From positions 1,824,001 to 1,888,000 of the forward strand of contig CAXXTU010000002.1 in NCBI GenBank assembly GCA_963662655.2: DNA of 64,000 bases. The letters run 5' to 3'. A program made the position numbers and the translations under genes. Below the pieces are notes generated by a model. That model saw only the letters and a program-made list of their open reading frames with translations. It ran no database searches and was not told the origin of the DNA. This stretch comes from Candidatus Cloacimonadales bacterium. GTDB lineage: Bacteria > Cloacimonadota > Cloacimonadia > Cloacimonadales > JAIOQZ01. Within the stretch, counting starts at the first letter, position 1. Each line of letters opens with the position of its first letter. This document shows, piece by piece, positions 37,313 to 48,300 of this stretch.

Positions 37313-40300
37313 TTAGAAATTAAACGAAATACCGAACTGGATGGAGCGACCGGTTCCGTAGTTGCCGGGGTTGTTATCGGCAAGGTCGTCCATGTAACGG
37401 ACTTCTTCATAAAGGTCAGCGTCATTGGGGGTAAGGCCGTCGTTATCCGGTTCGCCCGTAACGCTATAAACATTAATAACATTTTCGTGATCGAATATGT
37501 TATCGACATCAAGATAAACTCTGAATCCAACACCTTCATCGTTCAGGTCGATCTTCTTAGAGAGGCGGATGTCAGCGGAGTAATTCCACTCTGTACGTCC
37601 GTTATTCGGATCGAGGTCCGAGGTATCGACACTGGACTCGCTTGTTTGTTCGTATTTGGTGTAAGGCGCAGGTGAGCTCGCGTTGAACACGAACGTGTAG
37701 TTGAAGTCACCGTATGCTGAAAGAGGAACCAGCTTGTCCAGAAGCACCCAGCCCGGGAACAGAACGATGTTCAGCGGAGTGATGTAGGATTCTTCATCCT
37801 TCGCGAGGCGGAACTGGGTGTTCACGCTGAAGCTGTGACGAATATCCCAGTCGAGCGGGAATTCGCGGAGCGACTTGTTTTCGTCCTGCGTTACAGCGCC
37901 TGAGTGGTTACCGGTTGCCCAGCCAAGTCCGTAGGAAAGGGATCCCGATACGAACTCGGAGAGGGTTTTCTGCAAGTTGATGTCAACACCCCTTGCCGAG
38001 CCGTAGTCGACAGAGATGTACTTATAATATTTAACAGCCGGGTCGTCAGGGTCTGATTCCAGCTGCGTATTAACGTAGTTGTACATATTTTTGTAGTAAG
38101 CCTGGATTTCGATCACGTAGTCCTCGGAGAACTGGTGCTGCAGACCGGCCTCGTAGGTGATGGTCGCCTGAGGATCGAGCGCCGAGTTACCCACGATAAT
38201 CGTGTCGTCGCTTTCGGAAGCGTCTTCCGGGCTCTTGCTCGTGAAGATGTACTGGAACTGTGGCAACTGATACTGGTAGTTGTACACGAAGTGGAAAACG
38301 TCTTTCTCCGAGATGGGGAATGTTACGCCCAAGCGCGGAGAGACCATATACTGAAGCCTGTCGGACGACTTGAATTCCTGTTCGCGGAAGGAGCCGTCGA
38401 TCTGGCGAACTTCATAGCTCTTGCCAAGGTACCACAAGTCAAAGCGCAAACCGAGGTTCACGTGCATACCTTCCCAGCGCATCTGATCTTGAATGTAGAA
38501 GGCTGCCTGAAGCGGATCCGCCTTGTAACCGTCGCGGTCGCCGGATGCGTCGTAAGCTGCCTGAAGATATACATCTTCTTTGTAGAACTTCACGCCAACC
38601 GTGTCGTCCTCGGCGCCGTAACGGATACTATCGATAACGCCACCAACGTAATTCACAACGTAGCTTGTGAGAACATCGTCGGTGTCGTAATGGAAGGTCG
38701 TATCCTGGACCGAGCCGGGGTTATCCGCGAACAGTTGATCGAGGTAGCTGGTGAAACGACCCGGGCGGATGATCCATGGATCGTAGTTACGGTCTTTTTC
38801 AAGCCAGTGCTGCTGAACTTCGATACCGGTCTTGAATCCGTGGATATCGTTCAACTGATATTCGTAGTCGGCACGGAACTGAAGGTTTTCAGTCTTGTCA
38901 TTGAAGGTCTCCGAGTAGATGGTACCCGGAGCGGTGAAGGTAGGAACACCGGGTTCATCGGTAGAACCAACGACCGTGTATACCCATTCGCTTCCGTCGT
39001 ACATCGGCATGACATCGCCTTCTTCATCTACATAGTAATCAATGACATAGTCCTGGTTATTGTCCAGTGGCGTGAAACCGAATTTACTATAGTCGGAAAG
39101 GCTTCCCGACTGGTCATAAGCGTTAACGGGATCGTACTCGCCTTCCGGGCTGAAGTAATCCGAAGCGCTGATGCCTTTAGGGCCCTTTTCGTACGTTTTC
39201 TTGTAGTAACCAATCTTGATTTTCAAGTTGGAAGGATGTGAGGATGTGAATGTCTGGTCGAAAGTTCCGAGAACTTGCTGCTGATCCTGTTCAACTTCAA
39301 CATAATGTTTCAGCGCGTAGCGCCAACCGAATGCCCATGGTTCCGAGTGGCTGTGATCGCCGCGGTATGCCAGGGTGACGTTCGCAGTCGGGCTGAACTT
39401 GTACATCGTCTTGAAGTTGTAGTCGTAGCTTTCGTAGTTGCGATCGAAGAAATCGCGACCGTCGTAAGCGTCGTAGGTAGGATAGTCGTCGTGTTTCAGG
39501 ACGTTTCGCGTCGTTCCATCGCTGGAAGTGAAAATGAATGCGGTATTGGGATCATCGGCGTAATCGTCTTTGTAACGGCCATCATAGATATCGTAGCCGC
39601 CGTTCATGAAGAAGGTCCATTTGTTCTTGAGGATCGGACCGCCGATCATGGCCTTGAAGATATCGTTATTGATGTCCGGGCTGTGGCTGTACTCGACCTT
39701 TCCATCGTAGTCGGCCATGCTACCGGAGCGTGTAACGATATTGACAGCGCCGGATTGCGCGTTACCGTATTCAGCGGTAAGACCACCGGTCATAACCTTC
39801 ATATCGGCAACTGCGTCGAGGTCGACAGTCAATGCGCGACCGCCGTCGACAGGATCGGAAACAGCCATACCGTCAACCGACCAGGTTTGTTCGTTGGAGC
39901 GGCCGCCACGGATGTGGAGTTCGCCGCCAGTTTGTACCGCGCCGGCCTGCATCGAGACGATGTCGTCGATGTTGTCAACCGGCAATCCTTCGATGGATTC
40001 GGCCGTAATGGTCAAACCAGAACCCGCCTTATCCGCCCGAACAAGAGTTTCCTTTCTTTCTCTGACGTCGATACCGTCGATCTTAACCGCAGAGCGAATC
40101 AGGTCAAAGTTCAAGGTAGATACTTCATCCACACGGATTTCCACGCCGGTGATTGTTTGCGGGTGGTATCCCTGAGCCTGGCAGCGTATATCATACGTTC
40201 CAGGAGGGATATTGATAAGCGTGTACTTACCACCTGCATCCGTGTTGATTCCATAATCTGTCCCAATAAGGAAAACGCCGGCATACGGAACGGGTTCTTT

Positions 40301-40402
40301 GTCGTCATTTTTGACCTTACCCATCAGTTTACCGGTCGTACCTGCATAAAGCGACATACTGAGACCAAATAGTATAAGCAGTGAGATTATTGCCTTTCGC
40401 AT
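37313..40402 (-). CDS. TonB-dependent receptor with N-terminal carboxypeptidase-regulatory-like domain
   Basis: Signal peptide; GTTGKL.G.V; plug HIRGGR...VDG...GG..AEYGNAQSGAVNIVT; SPRLG; C-terminal GISFNF. Confidence 0.9.
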   Translation of the reverse strand: MRKAIISLLILFGLSMSLYAGTTGKLMGKVKNDDKEPVPYAGVFLIGTDYGINTDAGGKYTLINIPPGTYDIRCQAQGYHPQTITGVEIRVDEVSTLNFDLIRSAVKIDGIDVRERKETLVRADKAGSGLTITAESIEGLPVDNIDDIVSMQAGAVQTGGELHIRGGRSNEQTWSVDGMAVSDPVDGGRALTVDLDAVADMKVMTGGLTAEYGNAQSGAVNIVTRSGSMADYDGKVEYSHSPDINNDIFKAMIGGPILKNKWTFFMNGGYDIYDGRYKDDYADDPNTAFIFTSSDGTTRNVLKHDDYPTYDAYDGRDFFDRNYESYDYNFKTMYKFSPTANVTLAYRGDHSHSEPWAFGWRYALKHYVEVEQDQQQVLGTFDQTFTSSHPSNLKIKIGYYKKTYEKGPKGISASDYFSPEGEYDPVNAYDQSGSLSDYSKFGFTPLDNNQDYVIDYYVDEEGDVMPMYDGSEWVYTVVGSTDEPGVPTFTAPGTIYSETFNDKTENLQFRADYEYQLNDIHGFKTGIEVQQHWLEKDRNYDPWIIRPGRFTSYLDQLFADNPGSVQDTTFHYDTDDVLTSYVVNYVGGVIDSIRYGAEDDTVGVKFYKEDVYLQAAYDASGDRDGYKADPLQAAFYIQDQMRWEGMHVNLGLRFDLWYLGKSYEVRQIDGSFREQEFKSSDRLQYMVSPRLGVTFPISEKDVFHFVYNYQYQLPQFQYIFTSKSPEDASESDDTIIVGNSALDPQATITYEAGLQHQFSEDYVIEIQAYYKNMYNYVNTQLESDPDDPAVKYYKYISVDYGSARGVDINLQKTLSEFVSGSLSYGLGWATGNHSGAVTQDENKSLREFPLDWDIRHSFSVNTQFRLAKDEESYITPLNIVLFPGWVLLDKLVPLSAYGDFNYTFVFNASSPAPYTKYEQTSESSVDTSDLDPNNGRTEWNYSADIRLSKKIDLNDEGVGFRVYLDVDNIFDHENVINVYSVTGEPDNDGLTPNDADLYEEVRYMDDLADNNPGNYGTGRSIQFGISFNF

Positions 40403-40514
40403 CGAAGATCCTCCCTTTTATCTTCTCACAAATCCTTTTTTTACATTTGTCAAAAACATTCCATTTAAACGTGGATGTCAAATATTTTTTTAACTCTATC
40501 TTTATCAATTCGGG

Positions 40515-41342
40515 CTATATCCTGTTATTCCACTCCTGTTTCCCGTATTTGGTTTCTTCGAGCTCGGCCGCTAAACTCTTTTCCTCCGGTGTAATAGAGG
40601 AAACCTCACAGAATTCGGCGTCCCGCCAATTTGTCTTGAAACCGTTGACAAGGTTTCCGATAGCCTTCTCGTCAGAAATCCGTAATCCGATTGCTTTGTC
40701 AATTGATATTGTTTGTTTCTCGAGAAACCTGCGTACACGATTGCGCACGCCCTCCGAAAGATCCGGCAAAAGATCCGCCATTTCGGACTGATCGCAGTGC
40801 AGCAGTATCGAGCCATGCTGAAGAAATGTTCCGTCTTTGCGTACCTGTGCGCTGCCCACGATTTTCTTTCCTTCGCAGGAAAGCTCGAATCGAGATGTGC
40901 TCGTGAAGCAGGGGTTCGCCGTTTTACGCTGCTCGTCGGAAGAGAGCTTCCCCTTTTCCAGCTCGGCGTTCACGCCCATAAGCAGCAAGCCATCCCGAAG
41001 CGCTTCGCTGATCCGAAGATAAATCTCGGTAACGCTGCCTTCGAGCGAACCGCCGATCGGAGCTACGACCGAATAGGTGATCTCTTCTTTGTGCAGAACA
41101 GCCCGTCCGCCAGTGGGACGCCTAACAAATCCGTAACCGCGTTTTTCCAGCTCGGCGAGATCGACCTCGGAAGCAACCTTCTGATGATACCCGATCGACA
41201 ATGTCGGAGGTTCCCATCCGTAAAAACGTATGGTCGGTTCTGATTTCCCTTCGGCAACCATTCGCATGATCGCTTCATCGATCGCCATATTCATGGCGTA
41301 CCCATGGTTTCCGTCGATCAGAATCCTCCATTTCTCTTTCAT
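40515..41342 (-). CDS. Lipoate-protein ligase / octanoyltransferase (LplA/LipM family)
   Basis: NMAIDEA, RFYGW..PTLSIG, RRPTGGRAVLH, KIVGSAQ, LQHGS; ATGA overlap with purM. Confidence 0.9.
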   Translation of the reverse strand: MKEKWRILIDGNHGYAMNMAIDEAIMRMVAEGKSEPTIRFYGWEPPTLSIGYHQKVASEVDLAELEKRGYGFVRRPTGGRAVLHKEEITYSVVAPIGGSLEGSVTEIYLRISEALRDGLLLMGVNAELEKGKLSSDEQRKTANPCFTSTSRFELSCEGKKIVGSAQVRKDGTFLQHGSILLHCDQSEMADLLPDLSEGVRNRVRRFLEKQTISIDKAIGLRISDEKAIGNLVNGFKTNWRDAEFCEVSSITPEEKSLAAELEETKYGKQEWNNRI

Positions 41343-42364
41343 TTCAGAATCACCTTCTTCTCGCACTCGCTGGTTGACACAATCTTTCCAATCTCGAATC
41401 CATCCGTCTCGGCAAGGATTTCGTCAGCCGTATCCTTCCCGCATACGACGATGTATCCGACTCCCATGTTGAACGCACGGAACATTTCGCTCTTTTCGAT
41501 TTCACCGTTGCGACCCAGCGTCTCGAAGAGCGCCGGTATCTCCCATTTCCCTGTATCGATCTCGGCGGCGACACCATCCGGAATTACTCGCTTGAGGTTT
41601 CCCGGGATTCCCCCGCCTGTAATGTGTGCCATACCGTGAATCATGGACGGCTTCGCCCACTTCGCGAGTACCTTATAATAGGAGCGGTGTACCGCGAGCA
41701 GGGCATCCGCCACGCTCATTCCGGTTCCGGGCATCTCATCTTCGATCGCCAACCCCATCTTCTCGAACACGATCTTCCTCGCGAGCGAATAGCCGTTGGT
41801 GTGAAGGCCGGTCGACGGGAAGCCGATCACGACGTCGCCCTCCTGCATCTTTTCGCCGGTGATCAGATCGTCCTTCTCGACGATCCCCACGATGGTTCCC
41901 ACCAGATCGAAATCGTCCGTCCGGTAGATCCCGGGCATCTCGGCCATCTCACCGCCGATAAGCGCCATACCGTTTTCGCGGCAGGCGGCGGTCAATCCGA
42001 CGATGATTTTCTCGGCAATCTCGGGCACCATCTTCCCGATTCCGATGTAGTCCAGAAAGAAGAGCGGCTTGGCTCCCTGCACGAAGATGTCGTTCACGCA
42101 GTGATTGATCAGACATTGCCCCACCGTGTCGTAGCGCTTCGCCATCTGCGCCACCATCAGTTTGGTTCCCACGCCGTCCGCGCTGGAAACGAGGACGGGA
42201 GCATTCCACTGCTCGGTTTGGATTGCATAAAGTCCACCGAAGCTCCCGATGTCCGTGAGGACATTCTCGTTGAATGTCTGCCGAACAAGCGGCTTGATGC
42301 GGTTAACTGCGTTTTCGCCGGCCTCGATGTCGACACCGGCTTTGCGATAATCAAGTTTATCCAT
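41339..42364 (-). CDS. purM: Phosphoribosylformylglycinamidine cyclo-ligase
   Basis: Y..AGVDI..G, DGVGTKL, CVND, GLHTNGYSL, HITGGG..GN, FNMGVG. Confidence 0.96.
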   Translation of the reverse strand: MDKLDYRKAGVDIEAGENAVNRIKPLVRQTFNENVLTDIGSFGGLYAIQTEQWNAPVLVSSADGVGTKLMVAQMAKRYDTVGQCLINHCVNDIFVQGAKPLFFLDYIGIGKMVPEIAEKIIVGLTAACRENGMALIGGEMAEMPGIYRTDDFDLVGTIVGIVEKDDLITGEKMQEGDVVIGFPSTGLHTNGYSLARKIVFEKMGLAIEDEMPGTGMSVADALLAVHRSYYKVLAKWAKPSMIHGMAHITGGGIPGNLKRVIPDGVAAEIDTGKWEIPALFETLGRNGEIEKSEMFRAFNMGVGYIVVCGKDTADEILAETDGFEIGKIVSTSECEKKVILK

Positions 42365-42605
42365 TATTGGCTCCTGCAAGATTTCTCATGGGTTCCGGGG
42401 GAGCATCCTCACTTGCCCGGCCGATTCCCCATAAAAAACCTCCATCACAAGTTCATCGGCCCATGAATCAATCACGCAACATCCGACAAAGTGCATGTGT
42501 GGAGGGAAGGTAGTGGAATTTCCACAAATTTATGACAGTTGGGAGAGGAAGGGTATATTCTTTTTTTTCTACGCACGAATACACTGATAAAATATCTCGT
42601 TTCAA

Positions 42606-43502
42606 TCATAACGCAATTAATTTTATCAATTCAGTCCTTCTCTGTTCTATTTGCTCGCGACCTGATTTCTTCATGACGCGAATACTGAAATCTTCAATGT
42701 TCAGGGATGCACAGACTGTTCCGTACAGCATCGCTTGCTTGATGTTGGCCTCGGAGAAATCGCCCGTCCCTGCGAGATAGCCCAGAAAACCTCCGGCAAA
42801 CGAGTCTCCCGCCCCGGTTGGATCCACCACGCGTTCCACGGGATATACGGGAATCGAGAACAGGAGATTCTCTCCTGCGACCAGTGCGCCGTATTCTCCA
42901 CGTTTGGCCACGACGTACTTCAGGCCGTAGCTCAGCGCTTTCTTCGCGGCGGTGTAGATGTTGCGGATTCCGGTGAGCATCTTCAGCTCTTCTTCATTGA
43001 TGAAGAGGATGTCCACGCGGCGAATCACCTTTTCCAGCTCTTCGCGCGCGCCGTCGATCCAGAAATTCATCGTGTCGCAAGCAACAAGCTTGGGATTTTT
43101 GATCTGATCGAGAACCGAGAGCTGCAAGCCGGGCTGGATATTTCCAAGCAACACGACTTCGCTTTCCTTGAATTTCTCGGGCAGCACCGGATTGAAGTCC
43201 GCGAAAACGTTAAGCCGTGTATCGAGCGTCTGCGCCGAATTCAGGTCGTCATACGAACCATGCCAGCGGAAAGTCTCCCCTTCGCACACTTCGATGCCGC
43301 CGGTGTCAACGCCGCGTTCGGCTAGCAGTTCCAGATGTTTCCCATCAAAATCATTGCCCACGACACCGACGATGCGCACCGGGCAGAAATTCGATGCGGC
43401 CATCGAGGCGTAAACCGTCGAGCCGCCTAAAATATCATTTACTTCACCATGCGGCGTTCGAATGGTATCCATCGCCACCGAGCCGATAACCAGAAGATTC
43501 AT
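42606..43502 (-). CDS. PfkB-family carbohydrate/nucleoside kinase
   Basis: GS.A.D, GG, DTMNFW, N.EE, DPTGAGDSFAGG. Confidence 0.9.
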   Translation of the reverse strand: MNLLVIGSVAMDTIRTPHGEVNDILGGSTVYASMAASNFCPVRIVGVVGNDFDGKHLELLAERGVDTGGIEVCEGETFRWHGSYDDLNSAQTLDTRLNVFADFNPVLPEKFKESEVVLLGNIQPGLQLSVLDQIKNPKLVACDTMNFWIDGAREELEKVIRRVDILFINEEELKMLTGIRNIYTAAKKALSYGLKYVVAKRGEYGALVAGENLLFSIPVYPVERVVDPTGAGDSFAGGFLGYLAGTGDFSEANIKQAMLYGTVCASLNIEDFSIRVMKKSGREQIEQRRTELIKLIAL

Positions 43503-43702
43503 GGTTTCCTCACTTCCATCGTTTGTTTGGGGTTCTCCCCCCAGAAAAAGGAGCGCAGCCCCTTACCGAATCCGAGGTACCTGAACAGAGCGATCACGAC
43601 GACCAGGAGCAGTATCTTCCTGATCAAGCCGCTCCATATTTCCGTACGGCTCTTGCTCCGCTTGGCGTATCGCTCGAGTACCCGGTTCTTGAATTCCTGC
43701 AT
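43499..43702 (-). CDS. Small membrane protein
   Basis: 67 aa, one TM helix, fills the gap in the operon with ATGA overlap. Confidence 0.6.
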   Translation of the reverse strand: MQEFKNRVLERYAKRSKSRTEIWSGLIRKILLLVVVIALFRYLGFGKGLRSFFWGENPKQTMEVRKP

Positions 43703-43705
43703 ACA

Positions 43706-44905
43706 TTATATCAGGCTGGTCAATCCAGCTTCAAAACGATCGAGACCTTCCTTGATGTTATCCATGCTGTTCGCGTACGAGAATCGAACGTAGCGATCCG
43801 CGCCGAACGCCGCTCCCGGTACGAGTGCGACATGGAATTTATCGATCAGGTATTCGCACAGCTCGATCGAGTTGGTGATTCCCTTTTTGTTGTTGAAGAG
43901 GTAATAGGATACGTTCGGCATTGCGTAGAACGCACCTTTCGGCTTCGCGCAGGTGATGTTCTTCATCGAACTCAATCGGTCGACCAGGTAGTTCCTGCGT
44001 TTTTCGAATTCCTTGCGCATCTCTTCCATGGAGCCGTCATCGAATTTCATGGCCGCGAGTGCGGCTCTCTGCGCGATCGAATTCACGCAGGAGGTCAGAT
44101 GCCCCTGAATGCGGCCTGCACGCTTGATGATATCTTCGTTGGCGGCGGCATAGCCCAGTCGCCAGCCCGTCATCGCGTATGCTTTCGACACACCGTTGAT
44201 AACGACGGTGTTCTCCTTGATCTCGTCGGAAAGCGACGCGATCGACACATGCTCTTCGCCGTCGTAGATCAGTTTCTCGTAGATTTCGTCCGAGATGATC
44301 ACGATGTTGTGTTTCAGGCAGACTTCCGCCAGTTTCGCAAGCTCTTCCTTATTATATACGATGCCGGTGGGATTGTTGGGCGAGTTGATGATCACGGCCT
44401 TCGGTGTGCTGTGTGAAAGAATCGCGTCCTCCAATTGCTGCGGTGTAATCTTGAATCCGGTTGTCCTGCTGGTCGGCAGAATGATCGGGAAGGCATCCAC
44501 AAGCTCGATCTGAGAAACGTAACTCACCCAGAAAGGCGCGGGAATAAGAACCTCGTCGCGGGGGTCGCACACGGTCATCAGGATTTCCATAATGGCAGTC
44601 TTGGCGCCTGGAGTTACCAGAATCTCGGACGGCTTGTAATCGAGGTGATTCTCGTCCTTCAACTTCTTACAGATCGCTTCACGAAGGTCGGGAAATCCCG
44701 CCGCCGAAGTGTAGCGCGTGTAATTGTCATCGATAGCCTGTTTACCTGCCTGCTTGATGTAGTCGGGCGTGTCGAAATCCGGTTCTCCCACTCCAAAATT
44801 GATAACATCGATTCCCTTGTTCTTCAATTCGGTGGCTTTGGTGGATACTGAAAGGGTGGGGGATGGTTTGATAGCTTTTGCACGGTTGGCAATCTTGATC
44901 GCCAT
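43706..44905 (-). CDS. Class I/II PLP aminotransferase (aspartate aminotransferase-like)
   Basis: GVGEPDF, NSPNNPTG, DEIY, SKAYAMTGWRLG, GAFY, VRFSYA. Confidence 0.94.
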   Translation of the reverse strand: MAIKIANRAKAIKPSPTLSVSTKATELKNKGIDVINFGVGEPDFDTPDYIKQAGKQAIDDNYTRYTSAAGFPDLREAICKKLKDENHLDYKPSEILVTPGAKTAIMEILMTVCDPRDEVLIPAPFWVSYVSQIELVDAFPIILPTSRTTGFKITPQQLEDAILSHSTPKAVIINSPNNPTGIVYNKEELAKLAEVCLKHNIVIISDEIYEKLIYDGEEHVSIASLSDEIKENTVVINGVSKAYAMTGWRLGYAAANEDIIKRAGRIQGHLTSCVNSIAQRAALAAMKFDDGSMEEMRKEFEKRRNYLVDRLSSMKNITCAKPKGAFYAMPNVSYYLFNNKKGITNSIELCEYLIDKFHVALVPGAAFGADRYVRFSYANSMDNIKEGLDRFEAGLTSLI

Positions 44906-45366
44906 AATCAACCTCTCAACAAAATTTTTGTTACGAAAATCCAGCAGGATATTTTGTCAATGTATCTTTTACTGAGGCAAACAATTTCAAACACCCACAC
45001 TCCGGGCTATCTCCATACCTCAAGGCAAACACGAGAGGTGGGAGCAGATTGGTTCGATCTGCCGCATGTACGTGGTGTTGCACATCCCTTTATTTCGTGT
45101 CCGGTAGTATCGGGGATGTGCTATATCCACGTTCATGCGGTAGATCGGGCGAAGATGCCCCACCGTTAGGCCATCGCCTCACTTCTATCGATTCTTCTCA
45201 ATTTACCAATCCAAGGCACATTTACTCTTCTTGAGGTACAAAACGCGTTTCAATATCTCCCCCTTTTGATTATATTGTATTATGCCTTATGTATATAGTA
45301 AAATGCCATAGGTGCTCCCTAAGACAATCCATTCCTACAGATTGTCGCAATACAAAGAGAAGCATT

Positions 45367-48300
45367 ATGAGAGAATTTATTGATCGATATATTGTCGTAT
45401 TTACTATCATTGTTTTCTTACTAGTTGCTCCATCGCTGGAAGCACGAGCGTTCACCGAGTTCATTGGATTCACGAGCCTTCATTTTGGATCACTCGCAAT
45501 TGCCGCTCATCCCTTGATCATCCTATCGCTTGTCTTTATTCTGATTATGGCGCTTCTCTTCATCTTATACAGATATATTGCTTTACAGAACATGAATGCG
45601 AGTATGCAGACGCAACTTTCATTCAAGAGCAATATCCTTGCCGGGGCAATGGCCTCCGTTACGGAAGCAATCTTTTGCACGGATGATTCAGGGAGAATTA
45701 CTGAGATGAATCTCGTCGCCGAAGAGCTTTCCGGCTGGAAGCATGACGAAGCAAAAGGAAAAAAACTTCCCGAGATATTACGCATGATCAGCGCGGAAGA
45801 CAACAGGAGGGTCGACGATCCCACATTCCGGGTTCTTTCGACCGGTTTATCCATGCAAATACCCTATCAGATCAAGATCGCTGATCCGCAGGGCAACATC
45901 ACTACATTTTCGGTGAGCGTTAAACCCCTTGTCAGTGACACAGGCGACACCATCGGAACGATCCATACATTAATCAACGACAGCCACGAGCAAAGAATGC
46001 GCGACGCAATCCAGGAAAGCGCCGAACGTTTCCGCTCCCTTTTGGACGCATCGCCGAACACCGTGTGCTCATTCGATCGTTCCGGCCGCTTCATCACGAT
46101 TAATGCCAGCGGCTTGAAAATACTGAACATGTCACGCGAAATCCTTATCGGAACGCAATTGGTCGATATCATTCATGATGAGTCAAAACCCATCGTGAAA
46201 CTGGCGATAAAGAAGGTTCTGGATGGCGAGCAAGCGACTTTCGAAGCCGCTCTTCCCCAAGACAACAACCAAATGCTTTACTGGTGGGCGTCAATAAATC
46301 CCGTGTTAGATAGTGAAGGCGAGGTTAGCCATTTTAACGGAGTCATGATCGATATCACGAAGCGTAAGAAAATGGAGATCGCCCTGCGTGAAACGAACGA
46401 AGAGCTAAACCAGTATTTCACATCAAGCCTCGATCTCCTGTGCATTGCTGATACCGATGGGCACTTCCTGCGGCTCAACCCGGAATGGGAAATCGTTCTC
46501 GGGTACTCTATCGAAGAATTGGTAGGCATCAAGTTTATCGATCTGGTCCATCCCGACGACATTCCTTCAACGCTTGCGGCAATCGTCACGCTGGATAATC
46601 AGATCGAGATTAACAACTTCGAAAATCGTTACCGTTGTAAGGACGGCTCCTATCGATGGATCGAGTGGCGATCGCGATCCAAAGGTAAATTCATTTACGC
46701 CGCAGCGAGAGACGTGACAGACAGAAAAACCCACGAGAAGCAGCTCGAGGAATCAAATCGCAAACTCGAGATTGCAAACCAGCGCGCGAATGAGATGGCT
46801 CGACAAGCCGCAATCGCCAGCTCGGCCAAAAGCGATTTTCTGGCGAACATGAGCCACGAAATCAGAACTCCCCTCAACGGCGTCATCGGTATGGCCAATC
46901 TAATCCTCAGCACAAACCTGGACATCGAGCAACTTCACTACGCCGAAACAATCAAGAAAAGCGCTGAAGTCCTCCTATCCATCATCAACGATATCCTCGA
47001 TTTCGCGAAAATCGAAGCGGGAAAGCTCGAACTGGAAATCCTGGATTTCGATCTTGGTTCCTTTCTGCAGAGCATCGCCGAAATGATGGCGATGAGGGCG
47101 TTTGGCAAAAAACTGGAATTTATTTGCGCGCCGACGCCGAATACCCCTCTGCGGTTACGTGGTGACGAGAGTAGATTGCGTCAGATACTGATCAATCTTG
47201 CCGGAAACGCCATAAAATTCACGCACGAAGGAGAAATCAACATTCGCGTCAATACCGTGTGGCAGAACGACCGTCATGCCAAGTTGAAATTCTCCGTTTC
47301 CGACACGGGTATCGGCATCCCGAAGGATCGACTCGATTCGTTGTTCGAGCAATTTACTCAGGTAGACGCCTCAACGACCCGTAAATATGGCGGAACCGGG
47401 CTGGGATTGGCAATCTCCGAGCAGCTCGTAAGGATCATGGACGGAAACATCGGCGTGGAATCCGTAGAAGGCAAAGGCTCTGAGTTCTGGTTCACCATCA
47501 CTCTGGAAAAACAGCTCGAATTAGATGAGGGATCGCATGAACCTGTTGACCTGGCTGGCATGAATGTCTTGCTGATTGAGGATAACGACAGCTACCGGGA
47601 AGCAATTGTCTCCTACCTCCATTCATGGAATTCCAACGTAGATTTTGCGACTGAGCCCGATATGGCTGTCGAAAAACTCGAAACGGCCAAAGATACCAAC
47701 CAACCATTTCAAGTAGCGCTTCTCGATCTCCGAAAGACCGAATCGTGCTGTGAATTCCTCGCAAGGAAGATCAAGGACAATCCCCAATTATCGGACACCG
47801 CCCTGCTGCTTATCTCATCAACTCGGAAAAAAGAGGATATTGATAGGATCAACGCGAGCGGTATCCTGGCGATATTGAACAAACCGCTGGACATTAGAAA
47901 GCTGAGAGAATACCTTTCAGGAATCCATAGAGGAGACTTGCAATTCCGTGAGAATATCAGCGACACTGGCTTCTCCTTCCCCAGCATCAAGGCTGAAGCA
48001 GTGCATGTCCTTCTTGTCGAGGACAATATCATCAATCAGCACGTTATCCTTGGTATCCTCTCAAAGCTCGGCGTAAAAGCGGATGCAGTCGCCGACGGCG
48101 TGGAAGCGCTCAACGCATTGCGTATGATACCCTACGACCTCGTCCTGATGGACATACAGATGCCTGTCATGGATGGGATCCAGACCACCGAAGAGATCAG
48201 GAATATCGAGACGGGCGTCCTGGATCACAAAATACCCATCTTCGCGATGACGGCCCACGCGATCAAGGGCTATCGCGAAAAATGCGAGCAAGCAGGCATG

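Noticed and set aside
38135..40372. Two ~365-aa plus-strand ORFs
   Set aside because: Antisense shadows of the TonB-dependent receptor
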